Position numbers and translations under genes: made by a program. The notes beneath the pieces are model-generated. The model was not told where the DNA came from, did not search any database, and worked only from the letters and a program-made list of their open reading frames with translations. Below, in pieces: positions 8,740 to 18,105 of a stretch of DNA of 57,650 nucleotides. The DNA lies in NCBI GenBank assembly GCA_021817125.1, contig JAKAWC010000003.1:1-57650 (forward strand), given 5' to 3'. Within the stretch, counting starts at the first letter, position 1; each line of letters begins with the position of its first letter. This stretch comes from Candidatus Micrarchaeota archaeon. Its GTDB lineage: Archaea > Micrarchaeota > Micrarchaeia > Micrarchaeales > CABMGC01.

Positions 8740-9591
8740 CTATATGCCGCTACCAACAGTCTTCTGCCGTATCTGCTCGCTCACTGTGCCGACAGGTATT
8801 ATGTACTCGGGCTCCACGAACGCGAGCATGTCCGTCCCCTGCACCATTGTTGGTGCTACTCCGAATATCGCCCCTATGCCCGATGCAAGCTCGTCCGCCT
8901 TCCTGAGCACTATGTTGACCGCCTCGTCCTCGCTGCCGCCGTAAGCGCTTACCATCACATAAGTCGAGAGTGCGTTCGACTGCGCCTTTGTGACATTGTC
9001 AAAGAGGTTGTGCCACATGGTCACCTCTCCCTTGACCCGCTCCACTGCCGGTTTCTTGGCAGCCTGGTCGCCGACAATGCGCTGGTACCTCTCTTCGGCA
9101 GCGTTCATCTTGTCCCTTATTCGGTTGAGGTAGTCATCCTTGTTGATTACGGAAAGCTGCGTCGCGATCCTGAACGGGTCCTTGCTAAGCGTAACGACCC
9201 TGCTGAAGAGCGACGAAAAGTCGACCTTCTCCTCCGGGCTCATCTCTGTGCCCGACTTGTACACGGGCACCCGTATATAACTCGTTGCCCACACTCCCTC
9301 TCCTTCCCTCACTATTATGGCGTTGCCCGAAGGGGACAGGGTGAATGCCTCGGAGTCGTTGAGCGTGACTTTGCCGTTCTTCATCTTGAAGAAAGGTCCG
9401 AACATGTATGCATAATATCTGGTGGAAAACGCCACGACGTCTGCCGCGAGTGCTATTACAAGAAGGAATATCTGGACTGCCGCAGGGAGCGGCACCACTA
9501 TGTTGATGGCTATGATGCCGAAAGCGACCACAAGGAAAGAAGCGAACAGTATATTCTGTGATATTGCCATCTGATTCCCCATCAAGACCAT
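8740..9591 (-). CDS. 2-TM membrane protein, VirB3/VirB4-N-like; paralog of 7907-8731
   Basis: Two N-terminal TMs; VWATSYI, PFRIATQL, YVMVSAYGGSEDEA; coiled-coil insert. Confidence 0.7.
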   Translation of the reverse strand: MVLMGNQMAISQNILFASFLVVAFGIIAINIVVPLPAAVQIFLLVIALAADVVAFSTRYYAYMFGPFFKMKNGKVTLNDSEAFTLSPSGNAIIVREGEGVWATSYIRVPVYKSGTEMSPEEKVDFSSLFSRVVTLSKDPFRIATQLSVINKDDYLNRIRDKMNAAEERYQRIVGDQAAKKPAVERVKGEVTMWHNLFDNVTKAQSNALSTYVMVSAYGGSEDEAVNIVLRKADELASGIGAIFGVAPTMVQGTDMLAFVEPEYIIPVGTVSEQIRQKTVGSGI

Positions 9592-9652
9592 CTGCGATAA
9601 GCCAAGCGTATTGTTATAAGTAGAAAAAGCATTTAAAGCAGATGCTATCGGG

Positions 9653-10765
9653 TCATATCAGCGCCCTGAGCCTGCCCGAAGACGACGACATGCCTCCTAT
9701 GAACTCCGCGATGGTCAGTATCGAGGCGTATGTGACCCCGAGTATCAGTGCGGGGTAAAATATTATCATCAGCCAGAACTGGCTCATGCACCCTCCCTGC
9801 AGCTGGCTGAGGTCAGAGACGAGCGGACTCGTCGGGCTGACCGCGTTGCTCTGCGAGTTGCCTCCCTGGCTCTGCTGCACCACGTTGTTCGAGACTTGGT
9901 TTAGGCATGTATTCGTTCCACCGCTATTGAGCTCGAACGCAATGCCGAAGATGAGCGGCATTATCATGTAGAAGCCTATCGCCATGGCGATTAGCATGCC
10001 TCCAACTGTCCTTGTCGGTAGGAACGACCTGAATAGTATGCCGGGTATGAGGAAGATGGGCAGGGCTGCGTACATGAAGAACAGGATCATGTAAAACTCC
10101 GACGTGAGTATGAGCAGCCCGTCCATCAGGAGCAGGGTGACTGCCGTGGTGGGCAGCACGAACAGGAACATCAGCGGCGCGGCGTATATCTGCGGTATCG
10201 TCTGGCATGCATCGTAGCCCAGGGTGGCGACATCGCCGCACACTGTCAGCTGGAACGACGAGTAGTATGCCGGCAGGTTCTGCGCGAAGAACAGGTTCGT
10301 TATGAGGCCGCCCGTCGTCCCTATGGTATTGTTCATCAGCGTGAGCGACGTGTTGTATGGGTTTATCGGGACGAAGAGCCCCGGTATAAGTCCGAAGAAC
10401 ACGGATGTGATGAACAGGAACAGTGCGACTATGATCGTGGTCGCGAGCGCCTCGTAGAACTCGCCTACCCCGAAAATGCGCACCTTCTCGTTGCGCAGCA
10501 CTATTCCCGCGATGAATATCACCGTAGCTATCATGAAGGAGAACAGTATCGCCACGTAAGCGAAGGGAGACCACTGCGCCCAGTTGCTCGTCACTGCTGG
10601 GTATATATTCTGGCAGTACCACGATGCGGCGGCGTTTATCACGCTAGCCGATGCGCACGGCTGGTTGAGGTATATCTGGAGGCCCAGCAATGACGGCGCT
10701 GCTCCGTTCGTGCAGACCAGCGCTGCAACAGCGAGCAGGGCAACAACCGTTTTCAGCATCGTCAT
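9653..10765 (-). CDS. VirB6/CedA-like polytopic membrane protein (paralog 6)
   Basis: Signal peptide; motif GILFRSFLPTRTVGGMLIAMAIGFYMIMP. Confidence 0.7.
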   Translation of the reverse strand: MTMLKTVVALLAVAALVCTNGAAPSLLGLQIYLNQPCASASVINAAASWYCQNIYPAVTSNWAQWSPFAYVAILFSFMIATVIFIAGIVLRNEKVRIFGVGEFYEALATTIIVALFLFITSVFFGLIPGLFVPINPYNTSLTLMNNTIGTTGGLITNLFFAQNLPAYYSSFQLTVCGDVATLGYDACQTIPQIYAAPLMFLFVLPTTAVTLLLMDGLLILTSEFYMILFFMYAALPIFLIPGILFRSFLPTRTVGGMLIAMAIGFYMIMPLIFGIAFELNSGGTNTCLNQVSNNVVQQSQGGNSQSNAVSPTSPLVSDLSQLQGGCMSQFWLMIIFYPALILGVTYASILTIAEFIGGMSSSSGRLRALI

Positions 10766-10766
10766 A

Positions 10767-11834
10767 TCATATCACGCTACCAAGCAGCGACAGGAAGTCC
10801 ATCCTCTCGCCTATCGCCTGCGAGAAGTCAACTATGAACGCATCGAGTATCATCAGGTTGAGGAATGCTATAAACGTGAGCGCGACGTAGACCGAGCCAA
10901 TGAACAGTACGAAATCCGTCAGCCAAGGCATCTGCCCGAAGACGCTCGGCAACGGCTGGAAGATGAAGTCGAGGAATAGCACCACCACCGAGCCGAAGAA
11001 GCCTGTGCCGTAGATAGTGTTGTCGAAGACCGTCCGCGTCTGGGCTATGGTGTAATCTATGAAGCCGTATGTGGTCACCGCCAGCAGGGGATATATTATG
11101 CCTATGCCTATGGCAAAGGCTATCATCGCCCCGCCAAACGAGCGCGTCACCCCGAAGACCCTGGCTATAAGTCCGATGGCCATGAAGACCGCAAAGATGA
11201 GCGGCGCGACCGCGAGCAGGAATGTCTGCACGTAATTGAGCAGTATCAGTGCGTACGTGGCGTTTATCGCCAGGCTGGCGAAGTTCTCTATCGAGAGTGG
11301 CGAGAGCGATATGCCGCCGAACTCTATGCCCACGTTAGGCGACGCCCCTATCTTGAAAGTTGCCGAAGGCGTTATGGAGAACGCCAGGGTGAGCCCGAAG
11401 ATGGCATTGTTTATGTCCTGTGCCGAGTCTGTGACCTCGCTTATGTCGCACAGCGCCAGCCCGTTGAACGTATTCTGGCTGGTGCACTGGTTCACCGGGC
11501 CAAGCACCGTGCCCCCTGTCCCATAGACATTGCTCACAAGGCCGACGTTCTGCAGGATCGGCTCTGGGTTTATCGTGCATATCGTTGTGGCAAGCGCAGC
11601 GAACGCGACTATCAGTACGATCGAGAATATCGTGTCGAAGAACTTGATCCTGCACCACGTCCTCAGGTCGGACCTGCCTGCGAGCGGAGCCAGCGCGAAT
11701 ATCGCCCCGATGACTCCTGTCACAAGCAGCGCCGCTGCCATGACCACAGGAAACCAGGTGGTGTAAGGCGACGAGATGAAGCCGCTGACGCTGCCACAGC
11801 CATTGAAAAGCAGGTAGTACAGGCTTCCGGTCAT
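10767..11834 (-). CDS. VirB6/CedA-like polytopic membrane protein (paralog 5)
   Basis: Motif GLIARVFGVTRSFGGAMIAFAIGIGIIYP. Confidence 0.7.
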   Translation of the reverse strand: MTGSLYYLLFNGCGSVSGFISSPYTTWFPVVMAAALLVTGVIGAIFALAPLAGRSDLRTWCRIKFFDTIFSIVLIVAFAALATTICTINPEPILQNVGLVSNVYGTGGTVLGPVNQCTSQNTFNGLALCDISEVTDSAQDINNAIFGLTLAFSITPSATFKIGASPNVGIEFGGISLSPLSIENFASLAINATYALILLNYVQTFLLAVAPLIFAVFMAIGLIARVFGVTRSFGGAMIAFAIGIGIIYPLLAVTTYGFIDYTIAQTRTVFDNTIYGTGFFGSVVVLFLDFIFQPLPSVFGQMPWLTDFVLFIGSVYVALTFIAFLNLMILDAFIVDFSQAIGERMDFLSLLGSVI

Positions 11835-11835
11835 G

Positions 11836-13035
11836 TCATATCACCTTCTGCAGGAGCCCCTTCCTCTGAAGTGACGGCGCGCCCAGCAGGTCTCCAAGCA
11901 GTTCCATCATATCCATCGATATTATAAATGCTATCGCGACGCCAGACAGCTTCAGTATTGGCGGCGTTATCTCATTGACAGTTATGTACACGAGCCCGAC
12001 AAACGTGGCTCCTCCGTTGAACGCAGGTCCGAGCAGCGAGACGAAGTTGGTGAGCAGGTTTATCCCCCCGCTGGATATGCTGTTCCAGATGCTCTGCGGG
12101 TTGCAGACGCTCGTGTTGCTGAGTCCAAGGGGCAGGGATATGTTCCCGCATGTCGGCAGCTGGAAGATGGTGAACGGGTACAGTATCGCTGGGAAGACCA
12201 CATAGAACGATATGAACAGCGCTATGAACGCGCCACCCGCCGCGCGCGTCCACGGGAACGAGCGGAACAATATGCCAAGGTACAGGAAGAGAGGGAATAG
12301 GAAGAATATGACAGTCAGCAGCACCGCTATGCCAACCTCGAGGGCCATGACCGTGTCGATGACGCCCACCATCGTGTTCACGCTAATGTAGGCCGGCCAG
12401 AGTCCCCTGTAGGGATCGAACTCGAAGCCAGGTGTGAAGGGTATTATGCCCTGGCCCATCGGGTCCATGCTCACCTTGAAGCCTATGAGCAGGTTGATTA
12501 TGGTGATGTGCAGCGTCAGTGTAGCCGAGTCGATGAACAGCCCGACCACATCGCTCTGCAGGTTGTTGCACAGCGCAGTGTAGAGGTCCGTCGCCCCATT
12601 TATGTTTGTGTTGCCATTGATGTTCGCATTGGGTATGTTTGAGTTCTGTAGCCCTGCGACCCCTATGCTAGTGATGAACGCGACCCCGCTGTCCACGGCG
12701 GCTATGCTCCCGACAAGGAACACTATCAGGACGATGTTCAGCACCTGCTCGAGCGACTCTGTCCTGCAGAATGCTATGAGCTTGTCTATCCTGAACGCGT
12801 AGCCTATCGCGTACACCATTCCAAGGATTATCAGCACCGCAATTATCACGACCAGCGAGTAGTCGAGTATCCCGAGGTACACTCCAGTGCCGCCGCTTAT
12901 GCTCGGGTTGAACTGCGTGTTGAATGCGGTGTCTCCGCTCGAGTAGAGCAGCTGGCAGTCCAGCACCTGCGCATTGGCTGCGCTGGTCAGCGCGAACAGC
13001 GCGATTACAGCCAGCAATATCTTGACGTTGTTCAT
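11836..13035 (-). CDS. VirB6/CedA-like polytopic membrane protein (paralog 4)
   Basis: Signal peptide ending ANA-Q; motif GILFRSFPWTRAAGGAFIALFISFYVVFP. Confidence 0.7.
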   Translation of the reverse strand: MNNVKILLAVIALFALTSAANAQVLDCQLLYSSGDTAFNTQFNPSISGGTGVYLGILDYSLVVIIAVLIILGMVYAIGYAFRIDKLIAFCRTESLEQVLNIVLIVFLVGSIAAVDSGVAFITSIGVAGLQNSNIPNANINGNTNINGATDLYTALCNNLQSDVVGLFIDSATLTLHITIINLLIGFKVSMDPMGQGIIPFTPGFEFDPYRGLWPAYISVNTMVGVIDTVMALEVGIAVLLTVIFFLFPLFLYLGILFRSFPWTRAAGGAFIALFISFYVVFPAILYPFTIFQLPTCGNISLPLGLSNTSVCNPQSIWNSISSGGINLLTNFVSLLGPAFNGGATFVGLVYITVNEITPPILKLSGVAIAFIISMDMMELLGDLLGAPSLQRKGLLQKVI

Positions 13036-13036
13036 G

Positions 13037-14392
13037 TCACACCAGTTTCCCCAGCCCGGCCATCTCTGTGTCCCCTCCGAGCAGGCTGGACAGGCCCTTC
13101 GCGGCGGAGAGCGTTATGAGCACGTTGAGTATCGGCAGCAGGAAGCAGCTGACCATCATTATCCCGTAAACGTTCACCAGGTTGAGCAGCGTGTTAATCG
13201 CAGCTGGCGAGTTGCATCCGTTGCCCACGAAGGCCGGCAGCTGCGGCTCCGAACCTATGAAACCCCCGAAGAATGTGGTGAGTGTGGAGTATATTCCGGT
13301 GCCCGGTATCAGGTAGAACGCGGCGTAGTTCAGCTCCATCAGAGGCACGCTGCCGCCGTAAGGCCAGCAGCCGTCGTCGCTTATGATCTTCTGTGCGTTG
13401 GGGAACGAGTAAAAGTTCACCCTGTCGGGCGCTGGGATGTCGCTACCAGGTCCGTTAGCAGCCGGGTTTGGCAGGGTCTGGCTGCCGAGCCCGATCGGCG
13501 CTACGGTCCCGCTAGTAAGCGTCGTGTACTCCAGCGTCATCATCAGCGGCAGTATGATTATCGCGGCAACCGCGATCCCTATCAGTAAGCCGCCGACCCT
13601 TCTCCCGAAGATGGTGACCCGGAGTATGAGTCCAGCAGCTATTATCCACGGCCACGCGTTGATTATGAGCAGGATAACTATCAGCTGCAGGGTGAGTGAG
13701 TAGTACGATACTATCGCCTCTCCCTCCAGTGGCCTGGCGACGTTCCTGAGAAGCGCGTATCCTGCCAGCGGTGCATCGGTTATCTGGAGACTGAAGACCC
13801 TCAGCTCTGGGAAGGACTGGCAGTCGAACGGCGCACACACCCCGACCTGCGGGGTAAATTTCTCGAGGAAGCCGAGGTAGCTCTGGAATACGTACATCGC
13901 GTTCAGGTTGGCCGCATCCTGCTGTAGCAGGTTCGCCGTTATGATATAACTGGCATCAAGGCCGTAGTTCACTCCGCCGCCGGAATACTGGGAACATATC
14001 GTACTAGTCGGCTGCCCGTATATGATCACGAGGGCGCTGAGCGGGTTCGTATCGCTGCCAAAGCCGTTGCAGAACCCGTTAAGGGTCGCCTGCGGTATCA
14101 GGTCCTGGGACATTCCCGCGTACATGTAGAGCACGGAGATGATTATCATCACAGCGAGGACTGTGGTGAAGACCTGGCCGAACTCGGCGATCGCAGCCGA
14201 CTTCACCTTCTTGCTGTTGAGTACCACTCCCATCATGTAGTACACTCCAGCCAGCAGTATGCCTAAAGCGACAGCCGCCATTATCGCAGGCACCCATGCC
14301 TGCAGGTCTGTTATCGCGGTCTGCGCGCTGACGCTGCCGACAAGCGCGGCTGCGAAGAAGAGCAGCGCGAGCGAAGTGATAAGCCTATTCAT
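13037..14392 (-). CDS. VirB6/CedA-like polytopic membrane protein (paralog 3)
   Basis: Signal peptide ending VSA-Q; motif GLILRVTIFGRRVGGLLIGIAVAAIIILP. Confidence 0.7.
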   Translation of the reverse strand: MNRLITSLALLFFAAALVGSVSAQTAITDLQAWVPAIMAAVALGILLAGVYYMMGVVLNSKKVKSAAIAEFGQVFTTVLAVMIIISVLYMYAGMSQDLIPQATLNGFCNGFGSDTNPLSALVIIYGQPTSTICSQYSGGGVNYGLDASYIITANLLQQDAANLNAMYVFQSYLGFLEKFTPQVGVCAPFDCQSFPELRVFSLQITDAPLAGYALLRNVARPLEGEAIVSYYSLTLQLIVILLIINAWPWIIAAGLILRVTIFGRRVGGLLIGIAVAAIIILPLMMTLEYTTLTSGTVAPIGLGSQTLPNPAANGPGSDIPAPDRVNFYSFPNAQKIISDDGCWPYGGSVPLMELNYAAFYLIPGTGIYSTLTTFFGGFIGSEPQLPAFVGNGCNSPAAINTLLNLVNVYGIMMVSCFLLPILNVLITLSAAKGLSSLLGGDTEMAGLGKLV

Positions 14393-16843
14393 TCATCCAC
14401 CCCACACCGGACCGCTACTTATCAGTCCGCTTATCGCATTTAATCCTTTCGCTAGGCCCACCGCGAAGCCGAGCGTCACCGCAAAGTCGAGCGCAAGGAG
14501 CACCACCCCCTCGAACATGTACTCCGCTATCACCGCAGCGAAGTTCTGCGCAGCCGTGGGTGCGGCGAGCAGGGTGTTCAGGTTCGCCCACGACATCCCG
14601 CCGCTGCCCAGGTTGATGAGGTTGAGCGGAAGACCGATGTCGAAGAACCCGCCAGTGTTCACCGTGCCCTGCGTGAACAGCGATGATGGGGTCAGCGAGT
14701 TCAGGGGGTTGCATGCGCCGTTGGCGCAGACGAACGCGGGGTTGTTGTTCGCATACATCCAGCCGACAGCGTAGCTGTTGAACGATATCATTATCGGCAG
14801 TATGAAATAGAATGCTATGGCTATCGCGAGCAGCTGCTCGGATGCCTCCCTGAGCTTCGGCCCGACGAAGCCGAACGAGCGCGCGATTATCGCGATGGGC
14901 ACGACCAGCGTAAGCGATATCGAGTAGATAAAGAAGAGGAGCAGCCAGAGCATGAACAGCCCTCCGAACGTAAGCACCGTAAGCGTGCCGTAAAGGTCTA
15001 CGAAGAGGGTGCTGTAGCTGAGGTATATCAGCCCTATCTGGAAGCTCGGTAATATCTCGACCTCGACGGGCCCGAAGGCGAGGGGCTTGAAGCTGCTCTG
15101 GAGGATGTTGGTTATCGTAGTGCCTCCAAGCTCGATGACGTCAGCGTTGATGGAGTAGTCGACCGCAGTGCTGTAGAGATTGGTGCTTATGGTGAGTCCC
15201 TTCTGGTAGAGCAGCGACGCGAGATAGTTCTCGGCGTACTGGAAAGGCCCCTGGTAGTTGAGGTTGGACGTGAACGCAGCCCCGCCTCCGGTTATCTGCG
15301 ACGCCATCGTCTCCCCGGCATAGCACACCGTGGAGGCGAAGAGGATGAGTATCATTATTATGAGCACGCTGACGACTCCCTGTATCGCCTCGTATCTCGC
15401 CGCGCCCCTCAGCTTCTCTCTGGTGCTGGTCGGCATGATGCCCGATATGGCATACAGCAGGCCCGCAATCATTATCGTCACTAGCACGACTACGTAGTTT
15501 ATGGCTATCCAGTTGTTCGCGTTGACATAGTTGCCGCCGGGGCCTCCGCTCGCAGCGTAGCCGCACGAGTTCTGCGTAGGCGCAACGTATCTTGGCACGA
15601 CCGTGACAAAGTCAGGCGGCGACAGCTGCACCACGCCAAGCGAGTCTGTCACGGCGTAGCAGTAGATTGCGTTGGACGGCGGAGAAGCCACAAAGTCCAC
15701 GTTCGTCGCCCCGGGTATTGCATCTCCTGGGTCGTTGATGCACCGTGGCGTGCCGGATGGTTCAGAGCCAAGGTACCATTGGTAACTGTATGGCGGTGTG
15801 CCACCATAAGCATCGGACTGCAGAGTCACGCTTCCCGGAGCGTCGATCGTCGGGCCGCTAGGAGTTATCGCTCCGGCGACCAATGCGGGGTTGACCATCA
15901 CCAAGGATGGGACGTTCGAGACCGCGGTTGCCGCCGGCGTGCCTATAGACGAGTCGCCAAGGGTGTAGCAGTACGCCGTGTTGGACGGCGGTGATACAGA
16001 TATGCTCTGTGCATTGGAGCTCGGCACCGGACTAGTCACAGTGCCGCAGCTTGTCGGTGGAGTGCCCGTGAATGCATCATATGTCCACTGATAGCGGTAT
16101 GGCGTAGTGCCGAGCTGAGGCTGTGCCTCCACTATGGCGTTTATCTGACCCAAGTCTACCATGTTTGTTGCAGGTATGATCGCTCCCGCCTGCGGGTCCT
16201 GGCTGATAGGCAACTGCGCGGCTGGGGAGGCAGCGTTCTGTCCGCTGCTGTCTCTCAGGGCATAACAGACGTAATCTGTGAGCGGGCTGCCAAGATTTGG
16301 AGGGCTGGTAAAGGAGAAAGTGGATCTCGTCTGCCCCGGTTCCAACGTCCAGCCGCTCTGCCCGCATGCGGCCGACGGCGCAGAGCCGGAGGCCTCGAAC
16401 CATTGGTAACTATACGGGGTTCTTCCGCCGCCAGGGGCTGCCGTCATTACGATGCTCTGTCCGGAGTCGAGCGCTGCAGGGCTGGGATATGGCTGATAAG
16501 CCTGCAGGGGAGGTATCACCGTGATGGTTGTCACGGTGGACACGGTGTTCGGTAAACAGGCGTACCACACCCCGCCCGAGCACAGCCTGTCCGGCGGATT
16601 GCGCTCTTGGGTGCAGGTGTAACCGCCCTGGCACAACCCATATCCGCAACCAGAGCCTGTAGGCTGGTTGCCGCACGTTGCACCGATGCTTATCGTCGTG
16701 ACAGTGGTCACCGTACGCGTAGTCGTGCTGGCCCCAGGGGGCGGAAGCGCGTTTAGCGTGCCCGTGGCCAGGATGGCGCCGAGCACCGGCAGCACCACTA
16801 GCACGAATGCGAGCAGGACTACCAGCCGCTGGTTGTTTATCAT
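14393..16843 (-). CDS. VirB6/CedA-like membrane protein (paralog 2) fused to N-terminal Cys-rich module and three Ig-like repeats
   Basis: Repeats GGRTPYSYQWF / LGTTPYRYQWT / GGTPPYSYQWY, each followed by a Y-(V)-C-Y...DS motif; C-terminal IIARSF...LLAIAIAFYFILP. Confidence 0.72.
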   Translation of the reverse strand: MINNQRLVVLLAFVLVVLPVLGAILATGTLNALPPPGASTTTRTVTTVTTISIGATCGNQPTGSGCGYGLCQGGYTCTQERNPPDRLCSGGVWYACLPNTVSTVTTITVIPPLQAYQPYPSPAALDSGQSIVMTAAPGGGRTPYSYQWFEASGSAPSAACGQSGWTLEPGQTRSTFSFTSPPNLGSPLTDYVCYALRDSSGQNAASPAAQLPISQDPQAGAIIPATNMVDLGQINAIVEAQPQLGTTPYRYQWTYDAFTGTPPTSCGTVTSPVPSSNAQSISVSPPSNTAYCYTLGDSSIGTPAATAVSNVPSLVMVNPALVAGAITPSGPTIDAPGSVTLQSDAYGGTPPYSYQWYLGSEPSGTPRCINDPGDAIPGATNVDFVASPPSNAIYCYAVTDSLGVVQLSPPDFVTVVPRYVAPTQNSCGYAASGGPGGNYVNANNWIAINYVVVLVTIMIAGLLYAISGIMPTSTREKLRGAARYEAIQGVVSVLIIMILILFASTVCYAGETMASQITGGGAAFTSNLNYQGPFQYAENYLASLLYQKGLTISTNLYSTAVDYSINADVIELGGTTITNILQSSFKPLAFGPVEVEILPSFQIGLIYLSYSTLFVDLYGTLTVLTFGGLFMLWLLLFFIYSISLTLVVPIAIIARSFGFVGPKLREASEQLLAIAIAFYFILPIMISFNSYAVGWMYANNNPAFVCANGACNPLNSLTPSSLFTQGTVNTGGFFDIGLPLNLINLGSGGMSWANLNTLLAAPTAAQNFAAVIAEYMFEGVVLLALDFAVTLGFAVGLAKGLNAISGLISSGPVWGG

Positions 16844-16846
16844 ATG

Positions 16847-18031
16847 CTACACTTTGAATTTGCCGCCTATCTGCAGCTTCACACCGGCAGGGTTGCCGAG
16901 CAGCTTTGCAGTATAGTCCATCACAGGGTAGACTATGATTATGTCCACCACAAAGAGCACGAAGTAGGTCATCAGGCTGAAGTTGGCAATATTGATGTAG
17001 TTGAGGCACGGGTAGAGCGCTTCTGTGCACGCGAACGCGGTCAGTGCGGCCGGGATGCCGAACGGCGACACGGTATTGAGGAAGCTTATGACTATGCAGA
17101 GGAAGTTGGCGTTACAGCCGTTTGTCGCACCGCCATAGCCGTTGACGGAGAGTGCGTTAATCATGCTCTGGTTGACTATTACCAGCACCGCAGGATATAC
17201 TATCGAGACGCCTATTCCTATGGCTATCAGCGTGCCGCCTATCCCCCGTATGAACGGGAACGCGCGCATGACCACGCCGATTGGTATCAGGACGCCCAGG
17301 CCTAGCATCGTAAGGTCTGGAAGCAGCGTTATCTGTGCGACGTTTATCAGGCTGAAAGGTGTGAGCACGATGTTGATCAGGTCATTCAGCACCGACTCGT
17401 ACTGCGCCACCCCTACTGCGTTCGACTCGAGCATGACGTTCGTATAGAAATTGAGAGTCCATCCTGTGGTGAAGACTATCGGTATGAGCGGCACAGGCAC
17501 CGGTGGCAGGTCGAGGTTGTAATCTATCTTGAGGCTCTTCAGCGCCCCAGTCGCTCCGGCAAGGTCGACGACGTTGACGTCCTGGGCGTTGAGCGTCGAC
17601 TGTACCTGCGTCAGGTACTGCACGGCGCACTGTGACAGCGTCGAGAACGGGTCGGAGTTCCCGCAGCCGGACGCCCCTATTGTCGGGCCGCCGACCGCGA
17701 CCGCGATCTGGCCCACGAGCACTAGTATAGCATATATCCCGACTATGATCAGCGCGGTCTTGCCCACCTCCCATACCTCGTTGTTTATCCAGCCCGAGAT
17801 GCCTGTCGAAGGGATGACCTTGGCTATTATATACCCTATCGCGATGACGTCGAGCGAGACCGTAAGCGCTATCAGCGCCACCCCGACGAACCAGAGGGGT
17901 ATTTCGGAATAGGTCTGGAACGCGAGAGGAGCGACCTGTCCGAGCGAGAGCTGCGATGCGGAAACGCTGCCCGAGACGCAGAGGATGCCCAGTGCTAATG
18001 TTATGGCTGAGAGCCAGGTAGGCAGGCGCAT
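16847..18031 (-). CDS. VirB6/CedA-like polytopic membrane protein (paralog 1)
   Basis: Signal peptide; motif GVVMRAFPFIRGIGGTLIAIGIGVSIVYP. Confidence 0.7.
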   Translation of the reverse strand: MRLPTWLSAITLALGILCVSGSVSASQLSLGQVAPLAFQTYSEIPLWFVGVALIALTVSLDVIAIGYIIAKVIPSTGISGWINNEVWEVGKTALIIVGIYAILVLVGQIAVAVGGPTIGASGCGNSDPFSTLSQCAVQYLTQVQSTLNAQDVNVVDLAGATGALKSLKIDYNLDLPPVPVPLIPIVFTTGWTLNFYTNVMLESNAVGVAQYESVLNDLINIVLTPFSLINVAQITLLPDLTMLGLGVLIPIGVVMRAFPFIRGIGGTLIAIGIGVSIVYPAVLVIVNQSMINALSVNGYGGATNGCNANFLCIVISFLNTVSPFGIPAALTAFACTEALYPCLNYINIANFSLMTYFVLFVVDIIIVYPVMDYTAKLLGNPAGVKLQIGGKFKV

Positions 18032-18057
18032 TTAATCTATGGTATTTACTAAAGAGC

Positions 18058-18067
18058 TATTTAAAAA
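18058..18067 (-). promoter_or_regulatory. Putative archaeal TATA box for the six-paralog transcription unit
   Basis: TTTTTAAATA on minus strand ~27 nt upstream of the ATG at 18031 (leaderless-type spacing). Confidence 0.5.
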
Positions 18068-18105
18068 GGCTCACGTTATCCTGTCTTTTACCATGTACCT
18101 GCCGT

